Source: Eledone cirrhosa
Lineage: Eukaryota
Length of the DNA stretch: 64,000 bases
Reading direction: 5' to 3'
Assembly: GCA_964016885.1 (NCBI GenBank)
Contig: OZ024743.1
Span: 250,480,001 to 250,544,000 of the forward strand
Shown: positions 51,655 through 64,000 of the stretch, one piece after another
Position numbering within the stretch: position 1 is the first letter of the stretch
How the letters are laid out: the number at the start of each line of letters is the position of its first letter
Program-made: the position numbers and the translations under genes
The notes under the pieces: model-generated
Told to the model about the DNA's origin: nothing
What the model saw: the letters and a program-made list of their open reading frames with translations, nothing else
Databases searched by the model: none

Positions 51655-52258
51655 TATATCTATATCCAAAATTAAGATAAATCAAAGTGAATTTACTCTA
51701 AATCAAAATTATGGGTGTCATGCCAGAAAGGCATGCGCCATATCACTCGTAAAATAAGATCCAAGATTCTAATTTTATAACTACTAGAAATTGATTAACA
51801 TATAACTAAACATATGAAACAATCACGGGATAATTTTTACAAGTGTGGTACCACACATAGCTAGGTAGGTAACTAAATAAAGTTAACTAGAACTTCAAAA
51901 ATAGATACCTTATAATATGATTAATCTTCCCTGTATATATTCCATTAAAGAAATATATTTCACCAATTAATTGTAAAACACGGATGCCGATACTTGGATT
52001 TTCAACAAGGAAGAAGTCCAGCCATCTGTGTTTACGCATTAAGTTCAAATCACTTGTAAAATTATCCCTGTGATTGTTTCATATGTTTATTTATATGTTA
52101 ATCAATTTCTAGTTGTTATAAAATGCTCGGACCTATTCATTAGAATCTTGCAGCTTATTTTACGGGTGATATGACGCATGCCTTTCTGGCATCACGCACC
52201 TAATTTTGATTTAGATTAAATTCACATTGATTTATCTTAATTTTGGATATAGATATAT
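51655..52258. repeat. ~190-bp-arm inverted repeat in (TA)n, with a third partial copy at ~52408-52490
   Basis: tatccaaaattaagataaatcaa...gccagaaaggcatgcg...tacaagtg pairs with cacttgtaa...cgcatgcctttctggc...ttaattttggatata. Confidence 0.9.
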
Positions 52259-52492
52259 AAATACGGCTCCTTAATTGTAGAGCTAACACTGTTGAAAGGA
52301 CTTAACTGCTGTTTCTAGTTGTCGATAACCCCATTCACGCCACTGGGACGAAGCTGGTATGATGTGTGTATTTTTAGTAGATACAGCACGTGTTATTGGC
52401 CAGTCGCTGATTTGAACTTAATGCGTAAACACATGAAACTGTGATTGTTTCATATGTTTATTTATATGTTAATCAATTTCTAGTTGTTATAT

Positions 52493-52595
<103 letters not shown>

Positions 52596-52927
52596 TATAC
52601 ATATACATATATACACATATATATACATATATACATATATATATACATATACATAAAATATAAATATATATATACCATTTCCTGTCAGCATGACTTGGCA
52701 AGCTACTTAGAACACTAGTTTAACTGCTTTACTTCCCTCCGAAGAAGAGATATTATCTCGAAAATTAAGGACATTTAAATAAATCTAAGGTAAAAGACTA
52801 ATTGTCAACCATATCTTTTGCATTTGCATTCTTTATTCTATGTCCATACCTGCATTGTTTTGGCTTTATTATACATATACAAACGTTTATACCTCATTAC
52901 ACAATGCTTCAAGTGAACTATAACTTC

Positions 52928-52985
<58 letters not shown>

Positions 52986-53084
52986 TATAGATATATAGAT
53001 GTATATAACGAAGGAAATGTGGTAAGGAACCAGGTGGACCATAACGCACCAAAGTACTCAATACTTAGGGTAGTAGAGTTGGTA

Positions 53085-53197
53085 ATAGGAACAAGTAAGA
53101 CCCCGATGGCTGAGCTCAAGCCGTTTCGACGGCTAATTCAGTCCAGAATCAGCCGTCGAAACGGCTTGAGCTCAGCCGTCGGGGTCTTACTTGTTCC

Positions 53198-53200
<3 letters not shown>
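53085..53200. repeat. Near-perfect 55-bp-arm GC-rich hairpin containing the 3' half of a hammerhead on each strand
   Basis: ataggaacaagtaagaccccgatggctgagctcaagccgtttcgacggct with its reverse complement. GAAA-cggct(tgagctc)agccg-TC. Confidence 0.9.
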
Positions 53201-53267
<67 letters not shown>

Positions 53268-53296
53268 TATACATATATATATATACATATATATAC

Positions 53297-53395
<99 letters not shown>

Positions 53396-53402
53396 TATAT
53401 AC

Positions 53403-53527
<125 letters not shown>

Positions 53528-53592
53528 TATATATATATATGTGTGTAAAACTCATTCTTAGATAATTCATATGAACCTTATTTAACTCTAAA

Positions 53593-53623
<31 letters not shown>

Positions 53624-53734
53624 CATACACATACATACTAACATACACAGATATACCTACACACACATATATACATACACATACGTATGCATACGTACAC
53701 ACACACACACACATATACATATACATATATAACT

Positions 53735-53774
<40 letters not shown>

Positions 53775-53788
<14 letters not shown>

Positions 53789-54097
53789 AAGAACATAAAT
53801 ATTATAAAATAAATATTTTATATATAAAAAATTTGGAATACGACAAATAATAAATAAAAATATATATATATTTAGAAAAGGGTATAAATGCCCATAGCAG
53901 ACCTAGAGCACTCAACAAGTTCATGGAGCATAAGATCAATGAAAATAATCATCAAATCACTATATATAATGATGCACATACATACACCCTTATACATATA
54001 TATACACACACACACACATATAAATATATATACATACACACACCCCAAAAAAACCCCAACCACAGAAATACAAACACACATACAAAAACGTATATAT

Positions 54098-54142
<45 letters not shown>

Positions 54143-56736
54143 TAGGAAGAAGCCTGACCCTACGGCATAGCTCAAGCCTTTTCTGAGGCTATTATATAAA
54201 AACACACAAACCATTATATGAAAAATTAATATCTAAAATTAAAAAAATTTTTGGTATGTGAAGGGTAAGGCAAAAAATAGGGGGGAAAAGGAGGGTGGAA
54301 ATAATGACATAGGAAAAGGTTTAAATATAAGGGGAGATAAGGGAGAAAGAGAATACAAGAGTACAGAACGTGGATTCAACAGGTAAAAAAACCGTAGTAG
54401 AAGTAAAGAGCAGGGAAGGAGTTCAAGGCGGTTGAGTTATCATAGGAATGTCAATCCAGTTACAGATCGGATATGATTTCAGATGAGGACAACATCTGAA
54501 GATCTCGGTCTTTGAGTTCAGGCAAGCAGAAGTGGCTTTCATGTTTAGCAAAATCCTATATTTTTCTGTGGTACACAAAGAACAATTCTTTGTGCTCCTT
54601 TGGTACTCCCTCGAATGGTCTAAAATAGACCAATCGATAGAGTACGGGGTGTTTTTATCCTTGAATTCCCACACCTTACTTGCGAGGGCCGTTGTTGTTC
54701 GTTTATCGGACTGCTTAAAAGAAGCGACATGTCAGTAAAACCTGGTTTTAAACCTGTCCTGGGTCATGCCGACATATCGCTCACTCCTGGCTAGCTGGTT
54801 GTTGATTAAATGTGTTATTTTAGCCTCATAAACAACAGATTTGGTGTTACATTTGCCCTGCAATGGGCATTCATCCGGCTTCCTGCAACTGCATCCTGGA
54901 TTTGTTCTCGTATGATTTGAATTAGTGATTTTGGACTTCATAGATGGGCAACAAGAGTAACTGATCATAACTACATTCCTATTAAATATCTTATAATATC
55001 TATGATTAGGAGGAAAATGTTTATCTAAGAGTACAAGGAATTTCCTTCCTACATTAGTTTTGACAGTTAGAGAGAAAGGGGGTGTAAACCAAATAATTTT
55101 CCTTTTCCTGTTATTGTGGTTAGTTTTTTTTTGGAGGGGAGTAGGTAAATAATAAATTTGTTCTGTAAAACCGCTGTTCCTAAGGGCTTTATTATAATAA
55201 GGGGCGGCTTTATTAAAAGTGTCTATAGACGGAGATAAGGTAGAAATCCTACGGCTAATGTTGGGAATAAGATTATTAAAAACTATAGGGGGATGGCAAG
55301 ACTCTTTGTGTATATACCTATGATTTTCATTAGGTTTATGATAAGGTATAAAAGAGGCGGTAAGTAGATCAAGATTAATATCAAGAAAGTTAGCATTGGT
55401 AAGGTTCGTATCTATAGTGATTTTAAGGTTAAGATTAGCAAAAGTATTGATTAAATCTTTACGGAATTTATCAAGGTTATGGCCGTTGGTGGTATGAGAA
55501 CTGCCAATCCGTCATCACGGTATAAACCGATATTATTGGAAGGAAATTTCTCTTTGTGGGTGTGAAGAAGGAATAATCCTACTAAGTCACACACATCCGC
55601 ACTGTCATATGAACCCATTGCAACATCAAAAGAGTTTTCAAGGTTTGACTTTTTAACCCAAATATTTTCATTAGTAAAGAGTAAAGTTTTTCTAGCATGA
55701 AAGATAATGTCTTCTTTTAATTTAGAAATATTAATGAAGGGTCTTGCAAACTTTAAGGCATTAGTTAATAAAGAAACAGTAATAGAGGGGTAAAAATCAA
55801 CAATATCAAATTGGGTAAATCTACACTTATTTTAACTTGTATATTATTAAACCAAGAAATAACAGAGGAAGTATTTAGCGACTGTGATAGGTCAGTCTTA
55901 GTTCTAATTTGGAGAATTATTTTTCTTAAGATTTTTTTACTTGCAAGGCCAACTACGGATTTAGCCGGGTTAATCAGTCTACAACTAGGTCGACTAGTAA
56001 TGTCAAATTTATGGTCTTTAAGGGTAATATATCCTTTACGCTTAGCTAGGCTTTCAATCCGGTTGTCTATTTTTAAAGAACTAGCTAGTTCTTTAGCTTC
56101 TTTATTAATAGTATTGTAGGTATTATTATTAGTTAATTGATATTTGTTGGTGATACTATTAGTTAAAAGTTGGTTATACAAAGTACTATTAACTTCAAAG
56201 AGATTTTTAGTTTTATCAGAAAGAACAAAGGTGTTTGTAGAATTTTTAAAATTAGAAATATCGTTAGACAGTTTAGTTTGAAAGTTATTATATTTTTTTA
56301 TTTTTAGATATTCAGTTTTTATATAATAGTTTTGTGTGTTTTTATATAATAGCCTCAGAAAAGGCTTGAGCTATGCCGTAGGGTCAGGCTTCTTCCTCTC
56401 TGTGTGTGTATATATATATATGTATGTATATATACGTTTTTGTATGTGTGTTTGTATTTCTGTGGTTGGGGTTTTTTGTGTGTGTATGTATATATATGTA
56501 TGTGTGTGTGTGTGTGTATATGTATATATGTATAAGGGTGTATGTATGTGCATCATTATATATAGTGATTTGATGATTATTTTCATTGATTTTTGCTCCA
56601 TGAACTTGTCGAGTGCTCTAGGTCTGCTATGGGCATTTATACCCTTTTCTAAATATATATATATTTTTATTTATTATTTGTCGTATTCCAAATTTTTTTA
56701 TATATAAAATATTTATTTTATAATATTTATGTTCTT

Positions 56737-56760
<24 letters not shown>
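53775..56760 (-). mobile_element. 5'-truncated Penelope-like element with ~460-bp inverted pseudo-LTRs (53775-54245; 56298-56760)
   Basis: Long inverted repeat, including matching internal microsatellites, flanks a decayed RT plus GIY-YIG. (TA)n on both outer sides. Confidence 0.92.
54423..56290 (-). pseudogene. PLE reverse transcriptase and GIY-YIG endonuclease, with stops and frameshifts
   Basis: SDKTKN, ITLKDHK, CRLINP, QFDIVDFYPSI, VAMGSYDSADVCDLVG, GLYRDDG, NFLD, HKESCHPP, CSCRKPDECPLQGKC, VVY..YVGMT, CSLCTTEK. Confidence 0.92.
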
Positions 56761-56780
<20 letters not shown>

Positions 56781-56876
56781 ATGTTTGTATTTGGTTGTGC
56801 GTGTTTGTGATATGTACGTATTTGTATGTGTATAATTGTATGGCTATGTATGTATGTGTATATATATATATATATG

Positions 56877-56923
<47 letters not shown>

Positions 56924-58402
56924 ATGTATATGTGTGTGTATATATGTATATGTGTGTGTGTATGTATTTGTGTATGCGTATGTATGTGTTTATGTATTTG
57001 TATATGTATATTTATGTGTGAGAGTGTATGTATCTATTTATTTTTACGTATGTATGTGTACGTGCATTTGTGTGTATTGCTTACCACGTGTGTTTTTTAA
57101 TTTATTTGTTGCCTGTATCGCTGTCAACTTTATAATAGACTTTATTTCCTTTTTTGTCTTTTATTATTATATATATATTTTTTCTTATATTTATTTGCGT
57201 GTGTGAATATGTAGAGGTGTGTGTATATTTTTCACATTTTGTGCATGCATATGTATGCATGTATATATGTGTGTATGTATGTGTATGTATGTACGTGTGT
57301 ATATACGTATGATTGTGTGTATGTATGTATGTATGTATGTATGTATGTATGTATATGTATGTGTGTATGGCTATGTATGTGTATGTGTATGCATATATAT
57401 ATATTTCTATTTCTATATATATATGTATGTATATATGTGTGTGGTTGTATATATGTATGTGTATGTATGGATATGTTGATATTTATGTGTGTATGTATGT
57501 GTATGTGTATGTGTATGTATATATATACACATATATATGTGTATATGTGTGTGTATGTATGTGTGTATGTATATATATATATATATGTGTGTATGTATAT
57601 AATTGTGTGTGTGTGTTTGCATGTGTGTTTTTATTTTATTTTTCCTTTCCTTCTTCCTTCTCCAGCCTCACTTTCATATAGATTGCATTTTTGCTTTTAG
57701 AATCCAATATCAATAAATACACCAGGATTTTTTCATTCTGATGATTGAAAGCAAAATTTTTTGCTTTTAAGAAACCACTGGTAAATGGAATAATTGCCTT
57801 ATGTTGTTTATTACATAATAGCGTGTGTTTTACACATTTGCCCATGAACAACTGATGCAATTTATTCATGCTTCTCACCTTTGTACTGTTTTTCTCTCAG
57901 GCAGCATCATGCAGAGATGGGGTGGGGTGGGTGGGGGGGGGTGGGGGGGCAAAAGATGCAATGGTCCCTAGCATCCACATAGGTGTAGGTGGTGGAGGCA
58001 TCTAACCAAAGATCTGAAGACAAAAAGCTGAGAAATTTAACAAGAAGTTGTATGATGATGGTACATACAGTAAGCATATATATATAAATGCTACAACTCA
58101 GTTTTGAGAATTGCATCTCTTGACATTTCTCTCATACATGGATGGCACAAACATGACCATTTCACTCTGCCAAGGACTCTGATCCCTTTCTGGATATGCT
58201 GCAGCATGAAAAAAAAAAAAATAAAGGCTATGCTCACACAAGACACATGGAAGTCATTTAGATAAAGTGATGCCTGTGCTTCAAGCTTTTTTAAGTGAAA
58301 TGCCTTGCTTTGGACCAAATCAACTCTCAGAACAATGGCGACAGGGATCCAAAGAGAAGGACAGGTCAATATCTTTGGCTGCCATCAAATTGCAGGCTTT
58401 AC

Positions 58403-58500
58403 ATCAGAGTTTTTCTTCTCCTAGAATGATTTCCTAACAAGAACTAGGGGTCTCTCACTCCCGGTGGTCTAGCTGCACACATTTGCATGTCCCTGTGCAT
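58403..58500 (-). mobile_element. Isolated RTE 5'UTR module homologous to 36100-36220
   Basis: ctcctagaa..ctaggggt..tcactccc.gtggt..atgtccc is shared with 36117-36215. Confidence 0.65.
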
Positions 58501-58744
58501 AAGTGTATATATATACACATATATATAAAGAGATTGTTATAATGAGGAAGTGTTAGTGCCAGAATAAAATGTATCCAGCCTATGCTGTAAAGTGGTTGGC
58601 ATTAGGAAGGGATCCAGCCATAGAAACCAAGCCAAAACAGAGTGTATGGGCACCATTTAAACATCTGACTTGTCTAGCTTCTGTATGTGGCAATATGGCA
58701 GTTAAATATGAATGTTAAATAGTGATAATTATATATATATATAG

Positions 58745-58930
58745 GGCGGTGGATTGGCAGTATCGGTAGAGAGTCGGACGCCATGCTTTCCAGCATAGTT
58801 ACGTCCCTTTACAATCTGAGTTCAAATCCCGCCGAGGTTGACTTTGCCTTTCATCCTTACGGGGTCGATAAAATAAAGTACCAGTAATGCACTGGATAAT
58901 TGCTGGCCTTGTGCCTAACGTAGAAACAAT
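58745..58930 (+). mobile_element. tRNA-derived SINE flanked by inverted RTE 3'-end fragments (~58640-58735; ~58958-59070)
   Basis: Near identity to 9929-10122. Flanks ccatttaaacatctga..ggcaatatggcag vs ctgccatattgcc..tcagatgtttaagtgg. Confidence 0.88.
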
Positions 58931-59252
58931 TATATATATATATATATATATATAAATATAATTATCACTGTTTAACATCCATTTTCCATGCTTGCATGGT
59001 TTAGATGGGCTGCCATATTGCCCCATACAGAGGCTAAACAACTCAGATGTTTAAGTGGTCCCATACACTTTATATATACTCGTATATATATATATATTTC
59101 ATCACTGTCTAACATCAGTGTATATATATGTTGTTCAAGAAAACAAAGATGCAAAAACACAAAGTATTATTAGTTTCACGCCCTTGGGAAGAAGTAAATT
59201 TGGGTTTCAAGATATCAGACATAAGTCCTTATTCAGAGAGAGAAGAGAGAGT

Positions 59253-59312
<60 letters not shown>

Positions 59313-60335
59313 TTAGAACAACTGTGTTGGGAAAAAAATTAAAGAAAGCTGGGGAGGGTAAGTGAGTAGTTCTGCATGCGGGGGTGGCGTCCTGAGATGG
59401 AGTGTCCAGGTGTATCATGGGTGTTGATGGAGTCTATTTTGTGGGTGTGTATTTTTGCTTCTGTGTGTGTATGTGGTTTGTATATCATTGATGGAAATTT
59501 GTGTGTCAGTTAATTTTTTACGTAGTTTTGTGTGTGTGTGTGTACGTGTGTGTATAGTTATGTATGAGTGTGTATGTGGATATACACGTGTGTCTGTGAA
59601 TTGTTTGTATTGTTTGTGTGTATGTGTGTATACACATTTATATTTGGGTGAGTTTATGTGGTTATTGGTCTGTGTCGTGGGTGTACTTCATTTCTTCTGG
59701 ATGGGTGTGTGCAGGTGTGTCTCTCTGCTTGTGTTTGTGAATTTATCTAATTTTTGGGGTGCCTGTGTGTACATGTGTGTGTGTGTGTATGTTTATGTTT
59801 GTGTGTGTATCTAAATTTTTAACTTATTTTTTTGTGCATGTGCAAACGTGTACATGTCTGTGGATTCTTTATGTACATTTATATGTGCATGTGTACACAA
59901 TAATATATTAGAGTGAGTTTAAGCAGTTATTGATCTGTGTATGTGAATGTGTTAATGCATGTGTCAGCATAAACTTGTAATGGCTGTCTGTATTAGTGTT
60001 TTGTAAAATCTCAGTCTTGGGAGTCACAACAACATGCAAATAGCAGTCAAAGCTGGGCTAATTCAGGAAGTGGCCTGAAGAGGGATGAATGGGGTGGCTG
60101 TGTGTGGTGCACAAATTACAGAAGGGGCATGGGTGAAGGCATGGTGATGCAGAAAAGGTTTAAAACAGTGAGGTGGTGGGTGGAATGTTCAGTGGCGTGA
60201 AAATGTCAGGCAACCAGAGACTCGTTGCCGGGCCAGATTGACAGACGTAAGAAAGAGTATTCAATACCAAAGTGGAATTCATATATTCTTTATTATGGTC
60301 TTGTTACTCTGAAGTTTCACATGTGCCTTCACAGG

Positions 60336-60384
60336 CTTGTCTGATGATCCTGTGAGTTCACAGGTGAAATTCCAGGGTAATAAG
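60336..60384 (+). ncRNA. Type I hammerhead ribozyme inside a fold-back (60280-60415)
   Basis: cttgt-CTGATGA-tcctgtga(gt)tcacaggt-GAAA-ttccaggg-TA-ataag. The opposite arm and 63592-63635 give the family consensus GAAA-ctccagag-TA-acaag. Confidence 0.75.
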
Positions 60385-61224
60385 ACTCACCAATTAGCCA
60401 TAATAAAGTATGTATATATCATCATTTTATATATACACATATATGTCATGGTTATATGTATATCATGATTATGCATATATATATATACATATGCCAGTAC
60501 TAGTAAGGCCCCATAATATTGACATTAATATTAATGTTAATATACATTACAATGTCTATTTAAAAACAGGTTAAAAGTCTCTATTTCCTGGCTCTAGTGT
60601 GAAATTTCAGTGAAACTTACATGAAAATAGACTGCCACACCCATTTTACAGTTGAATGAACTATTCAATGATGTGTAGCCAACTGTGACCTACCTGGTCT
60701 AACACATTATATAGAAACAGCCATATTTACCAGACCATACACACTAAAACAGGCAGATGTAAATATTTAAATTAACAAATAAGGAAATAAATAAAACAAA
60801 AATAGAAATAAAAACAGCACCATCAACAAAAAAATTACAAACTATAAAAACAACTGCTTAAAATTTCCCACAACCAAAAACATATTTATTTAATGCATAA
60901 AATAATATTTTCTTTTACGTAATCCTAATGTTATGTTTGATATTGCATTTTTTTTTTTTTTTTTTGGTTTCGATGGTGAGTGTTCCAGTGGTTTGAATGG
61001 CTGAACTACCTGTTCAATTCCTTGAATTAGTGAGTTGGTGGCTGATTATTCCACAGACACGTGTATACTTAACATAATACTCATGGAGATTCAGCAGTTG
61101 AATATTTTACTGACATGAACACATAGTAAAAGGCAGGATCAATATGACCTAGACTGGATCATTGAATTACGTTAAATTGATCAATTTGAAGTGGATGAAT
61201 TGACAAGGTCAAAAGTTCATCTTT

Positions 61225-61615
61225 TTCTTCTTCTTTTACTTATTCCTGGGAGGGTTGTTGGGGCAGATTCTTCAAACACTCCTTCCAGTGGGTCCTGTCA
61301 GAAGTAACTGTCTCCAATTGATTTAGCTGGATCCCCAAGTGAGATCAGCCAAGCTCATGGATGCTATCCAACCGTCTTGCTTGGGGTCTACTGGTTGATT
61401 TTGCTCATACAATTTGTTCAGCAATTCATTCCTGAGATATTCTAACCACATGTTTGTAGTATAGGTGCTGTGATCTTTCTATTCAGAGAAAGTAGCAGAT
61501 CTACCTGGAGTGACTTTCTGATCTCTGAGCTATGCACTCAATTGAGTAACATTACTCCAGAGACCCTTTGGCGGAAACCATTTCGACAGCTTATATTCAT
61601 AATTGTATTCTTTCA
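61225..61615 (-). mobile_element. Old RTE-like LINE 3' fragment
   Basis: Minus strand has decayed GRPQARRLD- and DRTHWK-like coding and a (GAA)n-like tail. Confidence 0.55.
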
Positions 61616-63043
61616 TTTTTTACCCAAGATTCATGGCCATATATATACTAAACACAATATATATATACATATATATAACAAAGGAAGTGTGGTAAGGAAC
61701 CAAGTGGACCATAACGCACCAGAGCACTCGATACTTAGGGTATATATATATATATATATATAAAGCAAATGTACACATGGAAAAACAGGCATAATCAATA
61801 AACAACAAATACAAACACCTAATCTCCTCTTTGTATGTCATGGCGGGATTTTGGCAGGATTGTTAGAATTGTGGACAAAATGCTTTGTGTTATTTAGTTA
61901 CGACTTCCTACATTCTTTATACCAGTATTCTTACTGAATATTTTTCGAAAGATCTTTATTCCTGTTCCTCTGCATTGCTTACTTCATGATTGTTACCAAA
62001 ATAAAAGCTTAGAAACTGGTTTCTCTCCAACTCTGTGGCAATGGCCAGCAAAATGTAAACTTCTCTGCTGAATGGTATCTGACAGCTGTCGTAGGCCTTG
62101 GTATATATGATCTCTTCAAATAATGTTAAAAATGTTCTCAATATAATCCTTCTATTTCTAGGTTTTGTGTTATGGTCCATTTATATACCTGTTTTTATAC
62201 TTCATAAAACTTTCAAAGTGTTTATATAAAATGTTTTTCAAACTAACCATTAAAATTCTTGTATATTTTATGGACAAATATCTCATCTATATGTTTCTGG
62301 GACCATCAAATTTTATAGTTTTATAAGTTTGATAGTAAATATCAGCAGATACATATTAAGGGAGCTTAAAACAATTTATAAACATGCACAATTCACTGAT
62401 AAAAACATTTTATATCATTTTTTCAAGAAGTGTTTTGTAGTTTGCTTAAAGCATAGTGAAATATATCCACAAAACTGTTAAACGACACAGCAATGCATTG
62501 GGTAAACTGGACATCAATAAAAACAAGAACAAAGGTACTGAATTGTTGAATTTTTTCCTTTAAAATATTTAATGGTCCTGATAGATATTTCAGGGTAAAA
62601 CATCCAACTCAACCCTAAAGTTTGTAAAAAAAATATTTTATATTTCATTATTAAAATTGAAAAAGAAGAAAAAAAAGAAAAAGACTGAATGTATTATTTT
62701 CAGAAAGAGTTTTCATGAGATTGCCATGAGAACAAAGAGTCTAAACTGAAACAACAACAAAAATGCATGTATGTATGTAAGTGTGTGTGTTTGTGTATGT
62801 ATAGGTGTATACATATGTATATGCATGTATTTGCATATGCATGTATGTATGTATCTTTGTGTATGCATGTATGTGTGTATGTATGCATTGATGTAGCTCT
62901 GGTCTTGTGTTCTACTCCACAGCATGGCAAATCAAGCAACATCTTCTCCTGTAACCTTATCCCAACGAATGAATTCTCAGTTAATTTGGTTGATGGAACC
63001 AATTGTGTATAAAAAGATATATATACATATATATATACAAATA

Positions 63044-63470
63044 CAGTGATACCTCACAGTATGAGTTTAATTCATTCCGTGACAAAGCTCGTTTTACAAT
63101 TTACTCATTTAACAAATCAATTTTCTCTATTGAAATTAATTGAAATATAAATAATCCATTTCAAAAATCAATTTTTATAGGTTTTAAAACAAGAAAGGTG
63201 CAGTTATTATAAAATAAGAGCAAAAATTGCACAAAACTAAAAATATAACAGTGGGAAAACACGATAGGAATGCTGCCACAATGAGGTAAACACGTGAACT
63301 GAGTGAGTGGAAGCTGCACTTGTTGGGAGAATGTGTGTGAGCTCAGCACCGACTAGCGATTGCTTGTATGAAACTTGCTCATATTGCGGATTTCCACTCA
63401 TACTACAAGACAAAATTTTGCACAAGCCTCGGCTCATACATCAAATTACTCATACTCTGAGGTTCTACTG
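63044..63470. mobile_element. Tigger/pogo-like (Tc1/mariner superfamily) MITE
   Basis: 23-bp imperfect TIRs cagtgatacctcacagtatgagt / actcatactctgaggttctactg with TA duplicated on both sides. Confidence 0.85.
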
Positions 63471-63699
63471 TATGTTACCTTCATGCCTGATGAGTCTGCA
63501 TTGTGTACCAGTGTGAACATTCTGCTCCTGTGCCTTGAAACCTAAGGTAACACAATGAATGTTATATGTATGAACTATAACACACACACATCTAATGACC
63601 TTTTGATAAATAGGTGAAACTCCAGAGTAACAAGAATTATTATTTAAACTCTACTTTGGTATTGAGTACTCTTTTTTTTCAGCCATCAACCACTTAGGG

Positions 63700-63735
<36 letters not shown>

Positions 63736-64000
63736 CTATGTACACATACATGTATGTGTTTCTGTCTCTTTTCCTTGTATTTACCTGCATGCTGATGGTT
63801 GTGGTGATGGTGATTGTGATGATGGTGGTGGCAAAGATAAGGAAGGTGATGGTGATGATGATGATGATGATGATGATTTCTAATTTCGGCATGAGGCCAT
63901 CAATTTTGTGGGGAAGGAAAAGGCAGCCTATTATATTGGCTCCAGTATTTTACTGGTACTTTTACTTTATTGACTTCAAAAAGATATTATTGGTAAGTAT

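Noticed and set aside
54732-54734. In-frame TGA in the PLE GIY-YIG domain as a possible selenocysteine (as in Naiad PLEs)
   Set aside because: The position is not a conserved Cys (KTRFY*H vs KSRFNNH), the copy has other frameshifts, and no SECIS was recognised. A nonsense mutation is simpler.
61956-62180. 74-aa minus-strand ORF as a host exon
   Set aside because: No recognisable domain or clear splice context; its length is compatible with chance.

Overview
Eukaryotic, AT-rich, microsatellite-saturated intergenic or intronic DNA. The SINE/LINE repertoire suggests an octopod cephalopod (inference). No host gene can be supported, and nearly all short ORFs in the track are (TA)n/(CA)n/(ATC)n artefacts. 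Coding content is retroelement-derived: a near-full-length Tx1/L1-group LINE with an open ORF2 (3916-9892), an R4/Dong fragment, two RTE-clade LINE families (one with a PHD finger inside the RT, one with three C-terminal C2H2 fingers), a Ty3/Gypsy integrase remnant and two Penelope-like elements (PLEs) with inverted pseudo-LTRs. There are also tRNA-derived SINEs, hAT and Tigger-like MITEs and a mariner end. The main unannotated signal is RNA-level. At least seven type I hammerhead ribozymes with a complete CUGANGA/GAAA/UH core (six distinct sequences) and several degenerate ones occur here, mostly inside short non-coding fold-back or terminally redundant units inserted into (TA)n tracts. One is a 484-bp retrozyme-like unit (41831-42381). 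All structures were read by eye, so coordinates of old repeat fragments are approximate.
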